NCBI GenBank assembly: GCA_963806185.1
Contig: CAWDXE010000001.1
Coordinates: 1,024,001 to 1,088,000 of the forward strand
Direction of reading: 5' to 3'
From: an uncultured candidate division Zixibacteria bacterium
GTDB lineage: Bacteria; Zixibacteria; MSB-5A5; GN15; FEB-12
DNA length: 64,000 bases
Shown: positions 57,523-64,000 of the stretch, piece by piece
How the letters are laid out: each line of letters begins with the position of its first letter
Position numbering within the stretch: position 1 is the stretch's first letter
Position numbers and translations under genes: made by a program
Notes under the pieces: model-generated
Database searches by the model: none
What the model saw: only the letters and a program-made list of their open reading frames with translations
Told to the model about the DNA's origin: nothing

Positions 57523-58197
57523 ATGATACCCGGAACGCCTATATCCAAGAAGCGAATCTCTGAATCGACGATTCATAGACTCTCCCTCTACTATCGAGCG
57601 CTTTCTTTGCTCGAAAAAGAGAACATTGAGACTGTTTCGTCAAAGGAATTGGCGCGACGGGAAAAGCTCACACCCGCTCAGGTTCGCAAGGATCTCTCCT
57701 TCTTTGGTTCCTTCGGGACGCGCGGTCTTGGGTATCCGGTCAAAGAACTGAAATCGCAGATCGCCACCATTTTGGGTATCGATCGTTCCTGGCGTGTGGC
57801 GCTGGTAGGGATTGGGAATATCGGTTCGGCGCTCGTCTCGTACAAGGAGTTCACCCGACAAGGCTTCAACATCGTCAAGCTGTTCGACAACGATCAGCGC
57901 AAGATCGGCTCCAATCATAAGGGACTGATTGTCAGCGACATCAGAAATCTCGAGAGCGAACTGAAAGAAGCCAAGATCGAGATGGTGGTGGTGGCTGTTC
58001 CGGCCACGGTGGCGCAGTACATTGTCGACGACGTCATTCGCGCCGGTATCAAGGCGATTCTGAATTTTGCGCCAGTGAATTTGAAAGTGCCTGACGACGT
58101 TTATCTGCGGCACGAGAACATGTCAATGGAGCTGGAATATCTCTCCTTCGCCGTCGTGAATCAGCATACGCAGAAACGGGCGCGAGCACTGGCGTAA
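57523..58197 (+). CDS. rex: Redox-sensing transcriptional repressor Rex
   Basis: RLSLYYR, VSSKELA, QVRKDLSFFG.FG.RG.GY, G.GNIG and ILNFAP. Confidence 0.97.
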   Translation: MIPGTPISKKRISESTIHRLSLYYRALSLLEKENIETVSSKELARREKLTPAQVRKDLSFFGSFGTRGLGYPVKELKSQIATILGIDRSWRVALVGIGNIGSALVSYKEFTRQGFNIVKLFDNDQRKIGSNHKGLIVSDIRNLESELKEAKIEMVVVAVPATVAQYIVDDVIRAGIKAILNFAPVNLKVPDDVYLRHENMSMELEYLSFAVVNQHTQKRARALA

Positions 58198-58224
58198 GGC
58201 GTTTTCTGTATGCATATTCAGTTT

Positions 58225-58250
58225 TGGCGGGCCCGGCCCGCCATTTTTAT
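58225..58250 (+). terminator. Intrinsic terminator after rex
   Basis: TGGCGGGC-ccg-GCCCGCCA followed by TTTTTATT. Confidence 0.75.
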
Positions 58251-58343
58251 TGCCCGAGAGGTCCCGCTGCTCTATTTTCCCACAGGTACTGATCGAAATA
58301 CAGTGGATCACCGGCGCATTTGGCCGACAATGGTATAACGAAT

Positions 58344-59363
58344 ATGTTGCGCATCTTTACCCTTTCTTTTTTGCTCCTGGCGTTGTCCGCTTTCGGGCAG
58401 CAGCCCAGTGACTCAATCCCGCTTTACCGCCAGAAAGGCGGGCACGCCCTGCTCGAAAAGGACTGGGCGAAAGCCCGTACAAATTACGAGGCGGTGATTC
58501 GTCTTGATTCCAACAATTTTGAAGCACTCCGCAATCTGGGTGTGATTTTCACGGCTACCGGCGATCAAAAGAAAGCCAAGCCGTGCTTTGACCGAGCCTA
58601 TGCTATCAACCCCGACGATGCCGATCTCTGCAATAATCTCGGCGTCATTGCCAGCAACGAAGGTCGTTCCGCCGACGCGATAAAGTTCTTTGAACATGCC
58701 GTGCTGGGTGAGGACTCCAATGTCATCTATCTCACCAGCCTGGGGAACGAATATGCCAAGATCGGCCGGGTACTCAAAGCGCTCCCCTATCTGCGGAGAG
58801 CTGACTCGCTAAAACCCAATCAGCCGATCGTGTACTTCTCACTCGGCAACTGCTTTGCCTCCAACAAGCAGTACGATTCCGCCGAAGTTTACTATGAGAA
58901 ATCGGCGACGGCGGGGGGCAAGGATGCAGAGTTGTTCTACTTCACCGGCGTGGTGGAACGGAATCTGAAGAAATTCGATGAGGCCGAGGCTAGCTACAAG
59001 AAGGCGATCGAGATCGATCCGAAATACAAAGACGCTCTGCAAGCGCTGGGGCTTTTGTATGCCCAGCAGTCGAAGTACACGGCGGCGGCCACGCAATTTG
59101 AAAAAGTCACCAAGCTCGATTCCAAATACTACCCGGCCTGGATTGGCCTTGGCGTCACGTCATACATGACCCGTCAGTTTGCCAGGTCGGACACTATACT
59201 CTGGAATCTCTTTCACACCGATTCGACTTTGGGGAAGCAGATGCAGGATCTGCTCCAGCGCGAGATTGCCCGGTATCGCGCGGCCAACGGTGACACGACC
59301 ACGCCGGTGCCGGCGCAGCCGGCCAAACCGGTGGAGCTCCCAGCGGGCGACGACAAACACTAA
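58344..59363 (+). CDS. Exported tetratricopeptide-repeat protein
   Basis: Signal peptide; repeated TPR units (ALRNLG, LCNNLG, YFSLG, A...Y.KAIEIDP). Confidence 0.88.
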   Translation: MLRIFTLSFLLLALSAFGQQPSDSIPLYRQKGGHALLEKDWAKARTNYEAVIRLDSNNFEALRNLGVIFTATGDQKKAKPCFDRAYAINPDDADLCNNLGVIASNEGRSADAIKFFEHAVLGEDSNVIYLTSLGNEYAKIGRVLKALPYLRRADSLKPNQPIVYFSLGNCFASNKQYDSAEVYYEKSATAGGKDAELFYFTGVVERNLKKFDEAEASYKKAIEIDPKYKDALQALGLLYAQQSKYTAAATQFEKVTKLDSKYYPAWIGLGVTSYMTRQFARSDTILWNLFHTDSTLGKQMQDLLQREIARYRAANGDTTTPVPAQPAKPVELPAGDDKH

Positions 59364-59389
59364 TATTATTTAGAAGCATCCCTTCTCTC

Positions 59390-59850
59390 GGCCTCACCCC
59401 AACTCTCTCCCAGAGGGAGGGGGAGTAAGAGGGGCAGCTGTTATGGTCATGTAGGGCAAACCCCATTTTCCATTTATCAAGGGGTTTGCCATCTTCCTCT
59501 TTGAACCCCCTATCGGCCCTCACCCCCGCCCTTTCCCAGAGGGAGAGGGAGTAAGAGTGCTGCGCCAGTGATATGCGGATGCCGATAGAATTCGCCTATG
59601 AAGTCATCGCGAGGCGCGTTGCGCGCCGTGGCGATCTTTCAGGTTCATCCACCGATGTCTCCTGGGCTGCCGACAGCGCACCAATAGAACGGAGTCGCGA
59701 AGCGTCACCCTGAGCGCGAGTCGAAGGGTGGCGAAGGGACTCTTGTAGGGCAAAACTCATTTCCCATTTATCAAGAGATTTGCCAACTTCTCCGCTCGAT
59801 ATCACACTTGGCGGACCCCCTGACAAATTGAAAACGGGGTCCGCCCTACT
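59390..59850. repeat. Cluster of mixed REP-like palindromic elements (cluster 2)
   Basis: 2x CCTCACCCC..TCCCAGAGGGAG.GGGAGTAAGAG (59392, 59517); 2x GTAGGGCAAA..CCATTTATCAAG..TTTGCC (59451, 59745); GTCATCGCGAGG..CCGTGGCGATCT (59603); CGTCACCCTGAG..GTCGAAGGG (59703); GTAGGGCGGACCCC reverse (59810-49). Confidence 0.85.
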
Positions 59851-59861
59851 TGTATTTGTGC

Positions 59862-60299
59862 TCACCCTCTCCCCTCCGCTCTCGCCTTCAGCGCCTGATT
59901 CATCATTTCAAACCCGCGCCGCGTATTGTCGTTCAACATCCTCTTCATGAACGGCACGAGCAGGCCGCGAAAGTTTTCGCCATGCAGAAATCGCACCATG
60001 CCCGGGTCGGTCGGCTCGATGATGAAGTAATGTTCCCCGCTGAACAGACCGGGGATCGGCAGTCGTCCGACCCAACGCAGTTCGCGCGGCTTGTCGACCA
60101 CGAGAAGTTCCGGAGACATGGTCATCGTTCTGGTATCGGGGGGCGCGATGCTGATGATCAGCTTCTCCCCTACTTTCGGCAGACCGCGAACTGATGTCAG
60201 CATCGGATTCCATTCGGCGTGCCGGGGGAAATCAATGAGCATCTCCCACACCCGTTCGGGTGTGGCGGAGATATCGATGAATGTGGTTAGGGTGAGCAT
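59862..60299 (-). CDS. SRPBCC domain protein
   Basis: IDISATPERVW..L.DF....EWNP, ELRW.G, GEHYF and H.E.F.GLLVP. Confidence 0.88.
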   Translation of the reverse strand: MLTLTTFIDISATPERVWEMLIDFPRHAEWNPMLTSVRGLPKVGEKLIISIAPPDTRTMTMSPELLVVDKPRELRWVGRLPIPGLFSGEHYFIIEPTDPGMVRFLHGENFRGLLVPFMKRMLNDNTRRGFEMMNQALKARAEGRG

Positions 60300-60381
60300 G
60301 GGGGGAAGATATCGGACACGTGGTGATCGGACAATGGTCTTTTGTATTGTTAATTGTGCGTTGATTCGCAAATATGCTGCG

Positions 60382-61161
60382 ATGGATCTCACTTTACCTA
60401 CTTACTTGGGAAGTAATTATCTAAGCAACTCTCAGCGTGCTCGGGTGATCACCGAAGCATGGGCCGTCAGAAATCTATATTGTCCGGCATGCGATGCAGA
60501 GCTATTAACTCAATTCCCGGCGAATAGCCGGGCCGTCGATTTTCATTGTTCGCTCTGCAATTCACGATATCAGTTAAAGGCAACCAAGAGCGCCATTGGA
60601 GGAAGAATTAATGATTCGGCCTATGAATCTATGATGAGCGCAATCAGGAATAATCAGTGTCCTCACTTCATCATCATGCGGTATGACCTGGCCTCTGCTC
60701 GTGTGCGGGACTTACTGTTGCTCCCCTCTTTTGGGATATCCGAGAGCGCGATTATTGCTCGAAGGCCGCTGGCGCCGACAGCTAGGCGCGCAGGTTGGGT
60801 CGGATGTCTAATTGACTTGGGATATCTCCCGGCCAACGCACGAATTTTGATCGTCCAGAATTTTGCCGTTCAGCCCCGCGAACACGTTACAGCGAAGTTT
60901 GCCTCGCTAAGGCCCTTGGAAAGTCATTCCGCGAAATCCCGGGGCTGGGCTCTAGACGTATTGACATTGGTTCAAACGCTCAAGCGAGAGGAGTTTTCGT
61001 TGAGCGACATTTATGCGAGCGAAGCAGTACTTGCGGCGCTTCATACTAACAATAGGAACATTAGAGCCAAGATTCGACAACAGCTGCAGGTACTTCGCGA
61101 CCTTGGCTTAATAAAATTCCTCAGCCCTGGTCGGTACTCGCTCTTGGGGAGCGTGAAATAG
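60382..61161 (+). CDS. DpnI-family (Dam-replacing protein) methyl-directed restriction endonuclease
   Basis: SNSQRARV.TE.W, YCP.C, DF.C..C...YQLK, R.PL..TARRAGW.GC and winged-helix N.NIRAKIRQQLQ.LRD.G.I.F...G.Y; visibly more AT-rich than neighbours. Confidence 0.92.
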   Translation: MDLTLPTYLGSNYLSNSQRARVITEAWAVRNLYCPACDAELLTQFPANSRAVDFHCSLCNSRYQLKATKSAIGGRINDSAYESMMSAIRNNQCPHFIIMRYDLASARVRDLLLLPSFGISESAIIARRPLAPTARRAGWVGCLIDLGYLPANARILIVQNFAVQPREHVTAKFASLRPLESHSAKSRGWALDVLTLVQTLKREEFSLSDIYASEAVLAALHTNNRNIRAKIRQQLQVLRDLGLIKFLSPGRYSLLGSVK

Positions 61162-61233
61162 CCCCCCCATTAATCCCCTTGACCTCTCCCCCATTTCTCA
61201 TATATTAACAGGCTATTAACGAACGGAAGAACT

Positions 61234-61386
61234 ATGAAAAGAACCTTTCAACCATCTAACCGCAAGCGTCTCAACGACCACGGTTATCGCGCGCGCATGG
61301 CCACCAAAGGCGGCCGCAAGGTCCTCGCCCGCCGTCGCGCCAAAGGTCGCCGGAGACTGACGGTTACCGTTGCCCGAAAGAAATAA
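61234..61386 (+). CDS. rpmH: 50S ribosomal protein L34; absent from the ORF track
   Basis: [50 protein letters not shown]. Confidence 0.98.
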   Translation: MKRTFQPSNRKRLNDHGYRARMATKGGRKVLARRRAKGRRRLTVTVARKK

Positions 61387-61720
61387 GTTTCCCCGGAGCC
61401 TCAGCCTCAAGCACCGGCTCGAGATCAGCGAACTGGTGCGCCACGGTCAGCGGTTTGCGGGGGTTTCTTTTACCTTGGTGGCCCAGACCAGCGACCGCTT
61501 TGGCTGGTGTGTCCTCGTAGGGAAAAAACATGGCACCGCCGTCCGTCGCAACCGGATCAAACGGCTGGTGCGCGAGGCGATTCGGCTGGAACGAAACCGG
61601 CTTGACAAACCGGTCAAAATCGCTGTCCTTCCGTTCGCGAAGGATGAACTCCCGAATTTTGAAACCATACGCACCGATGTTGGCCGGATCTTTGCCAAAA
61701 TCGCCCGGCTCTCTGAGTAG
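61370..61720 (+). CDS. rnpA: Ribonuclease P protein component
   Basis: [18 protein letters not shown] (RNR motif); canonical synteny. Confidence 0.93.
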   Translation: MPERNKFPRSLSLKHRLEISELVRHGQRFAGVSFTLVAQTSDRFGWCVLVGKKHGTAVRRNRIKRLVREAIRLERNRLDKPVKIAVLPFAKDELPNFETIRTDVGRIFAKIARLSE

Positions 61721-61721
61721 T

Positions 61722-61934
61722 TTGCTGGCGCTCCCCCTTGTTGGGCTGATCCATGTCTATCGGTGGACCCTCTCCCCGCTCATCGGACAGCAATGCCGCT
61801 TCGACCCCACCTGCTCGCACTACGCCCAGGACGCCCTGCACAAGCATGGAGCATGGCGCGGGAGCATTTTGGCGATCAAACGGATTGGCCGATGTCACCC
61901 TTGGCATGCGGGCGGCTTTGACCCGGTGCCATAA
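61722..61934 (+). CDS. yidD: Membrane protein insertion efficiency factor YidD (start approximate)
   Basis: CRFDPTCSHY and RIGRCHPW..GG.DPVP. Confidence 0.93.
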   Translation: MLALPLVGLIHVYRWTLSPLIGQQCRFDPTCSHYAQDALHKHGAWRGSILAIKRIGRCHPWHAGGFDPVP

Positions 61935-61954
61935 CCTCCACAGGGAATTGTGCT

Positions 61955-63676
61955 TTGGATAAAAAAACGATCCTGCTTCTTATCCCCATCGTGCTGGTAA
62001 TCATCTTCTACTGGCAGATCCTCGAATTCCTGGGTCTGTACACCCCGGCTCCTCCGGTCCAGACCGGCAAGACCGACACCACCCAGGTATCGACCCCACC
62101 CGATTCGCAACTCCCGGTAGTCTTAGCTCCGGCTGCTGTCCAGCCGGTCCTGGATACCACGCTGGCCGCCGCGCCGGTCGACACGACCACGGTGAGCGTC
62201 GATACGGTGGTCATCACGACCAAGAGGTATATCGCCACCCTGATCACCAAGGGAGGCGGGCCGATCTCGATCAAGCTCGAGGATTACCATTACCACGACG
62301 ATCGCGGCAATATTGAGATGGTACCGTTTCCTGCCGAAGTGACCCCGGCGCTTGCGTTTTCATCCGGGACATTTCAGACGGGGAGTCTTCCGTTCGTATC
62401 AAGCCTCTCCCCCGGTCATTACAATGCATCAACCGCACCGGTCGACGTCGTCTACACCTACACCAACCCGCAGGGCGGGCAGATCGTCAAGAGCTATCGC
62501 TTTTATCCGGATGACTATCATTATGACCTCACCGTCGGCGTCAATCGACGGGAAGCGCTCGGCTTCGAACGACAGTACGAGTTGATGTGGAATACGCCGC
62601 TCGGTGCCACTGAGCCGGACCTGAAGTCGGATTATCTGGAAATGAAGGGCGTTGCCCGCATGGGCGAGGATTTCCGCAAGCTCGAGAAATTCGAAGGCAA
62701 CACACTGAACATGCAGGAGAGCGGCACAACGGCCTGGGCCGGTGTGCGCTCGAAGTACTTCACCGCCGTTCTGATTCCGATGAACAAACCGGCCGACGGT
62801 GTCTCGGCGACTGGTAGTCAGCAAGCCGCTACCGGGCCTCACGGCACCTACGAGAAGCGCGACGTGCACGTCGGCATTGAAATGCCCCTCGCCGCGACGT
62901 CGACGTTCACCGACACGGTCCGCGTCTTTGTCGGCCCGCTCGACTATACGCTGATGGCGCGCTACGGCAAGGGGCTGCAGGATATTCTCGATATCGGCAC
63001 CACACCCGTCGTCGGCTGGATCATCAAGATCTTCGCCGTGCCGATCATCTGGCTGTTGCCCAAAATCTATGCTGTCATACCCAACTACGGGTTTGTCATC
63101 ATCATCTTCGCTCTACTGGTAAAGCTGATCACGTTACCGCTATCGCTCAAATCAGTCAAATCGATGGCCGGCCTCAAGGAAATTCAGCCGAAGATGGAAG
63201 AGCTGAAAGTTAAGCACAAGAACAACCCGCAGGCGCTCAATGCCGAGATGATGAAATTGTACAAGCAGGCCGGCGTCAATCCGGTCTCCGGCTGTTTGCC
63301 GATCCTTTTGCAGATGCCGCTCTTTTTCGCCATGTTTGCCGTCTTCCGCTCGACCGTGCTGCTGCGGAAAGCGCCATTTATCGGCTTTGTCGACGATCTG
63401 TCGCGCGGCGCCACCGGTCTTACCGACCCGTACATCATTCTCGTGCTTCTGATGGTCGGTTCGCAGTTTGTCTCCCAGATGTTCACGATGGCGTCAAGTC
63501 AACAGAACAAGATGATGATGTACATTCTGCCGCTGGTGATGGGTTTCTTCTTCTATACCGCGCCGGCCGGCCTGGTTATCTACTGGACCTGTTTCTCAAT
63601 CCTGTCGCTGGTTGACTATTATCTTTTCCGGCGCAACCAGCCGTTGAATCCGCAAATCAAAACCGCCACGACGTAG
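61955..63676 (+). CDS. yidC: Membrane protein insertase YidC
   Basis: NYG..II, QP.M.EL, M.LYK..GVNP.SGCLP.LLQMP and PAGLVIYW. Confidence 0.97.
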   Translation: MDKKTILLLIPIVLVIIFYWQILEFLGLYTPAPPVQTGKTDTTQVSTPPDSQLPVVLAPAAVQPVLDTTLAAAPVDTTTVSVDTVVITTKRYIATLITKGGGPISIKLEDYHYHDDRGNIEMVPFPAEVTPALAFSSGTFQTGSLPFVSSLSPGHYNASTAPVDVVYTYTNPQGGQIVKSYRFYPDDYHYDLTVGVNRREALGFERQYELMWNTPLGATEPDLKSDYLEMKGVARMGEDFRKLEKFEGNTLNMQESGTTAWAGVRSKYFTAVLIPMNKPADGVSATGSQQAATGPHGTYEKRDVHVGIEMPLAATSTFTDTVRVFVGPLDYTLMARYGKGLQDILDIGTTPVVGWIIKIFAVPIIWLLPKIYAVIPNYGFVIIIFALLVKLITLPLSLKSVKSMAGLKEIQPKMEELKVKHKNNPQALNAEMMKLYKQAGVNPVSGCLPILLQMPLFFAMFAVFRSTVLLRKAPFIGFVDDLSRGATGLTDPYIILVLLMVGSQFVSQMFTMASSQQNKMMMYILPLVMGFFFYTAPAGLVIYWTCFSILSLVDYYLFRRNQPLNPQIKTATT

Positions 63677-63679
63677 GTT

Positions 63680-64000
63680 ATGACTGCCGCTTCGCGCGGC
63701 GCGAGGGCCGCTTACTCAGAGGATACCATTGTCGCGATCATCACCCCGCCCGGCGAGGGTGGGATCGCGGCTTTGCGTCTGGCCGGTCCGAAGAGTCTGG
63801 CTATCTTTCAGAATCATTTCAAAGCCCGACATGATGCAGCGCCGCTCGAACCGTTTGTGATGCGCTATGGCCACGCGGTCGATCGCGATGGCGGGATGAT
63901 CGACGAGATCCTCGCGGTCTTCATGCCGCAGGGGAGAAGTTACACCGGTCTGGACCAGGTGGAGATCTTCTGCCACGGCGGCCGTCAGGCGGTATCACTC
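63680..64000 (+). CDS. mnmE: tRNA modification GTPase MnmE, truncated by the window edge
   Basis: DTIVAIITPPGEGGIAALRLAG and SYTGLDQVEIFCHGG; follows yidC. Confidence 0.95.
   Translation, partial: MTAASRGARAAYSEDTIVAIITPPGEGGIAALRLAGPKSLAIFQNHFKARHDAAPLEPFVMRYGHAVDRDGGMIDEILAVFMPQGRSYTGLDQVEIFCHGGRQAVSL

Noticed and set aside
60091..60381. N-terminal extension of the DpnI ORF
   Set aside because: It overlaps the SRPBCC gene on the opposite strand; DpnI similarity starts at ATG 60382.

Overview
A GC-rich chromosomal window from a diderm bacterium. Two secreted proteins end in Cys-flanked dockerin-like EF-hand pairs, which suggests candidate phylum Zixibacteria (inference). About 55 genes are recognisable. 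Housekeeping: greA, hflX, ileS-dksA/traR-lspA, alr, rex, rpmH-rnpA-yidD-yidC-mnmE. Others include a CBS/CGL sulfur pair, a TPP-riboswitch-controlled TonB receptor plus Na+:solute symporter, arsM, Crp/Fnr with an FNR box, a transporter cluster with crcB, bshB1, a FadL module, a sigma54-driven surface-polysaccharide locus, and an orphan DpnI-family nuclease. Most notable observations: (1) a 909-aa secreted protein with a type-1 copper cupredoxin, 16 six-Cys 'GACC' repeats plus one degenerate repeat (about 106 Cys) and a dockerin-like tail, directly followed by a VKOR-DsbA-DsbA fusion, a candidate dedicated oxidative-folding system; (2) two apparent pseudoenzymes, a HisC-like protein lacking the PLP lysine and an esterase-fold lipoprotein lacking Ser/His next to FadL; (3) two gene-free stretches packed with several unrelated REP-like palindrome families; (4) twin consensus sigma54 promoters; (5) several apparently leaderless genes; (6) three point disruptions (one TAG, two frameshifts) that may be real or assembly errors. 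No rRNA, tRNA, CRISPR array or transposase was recognised. All calls come from reading motifs by eye; no database search was run.
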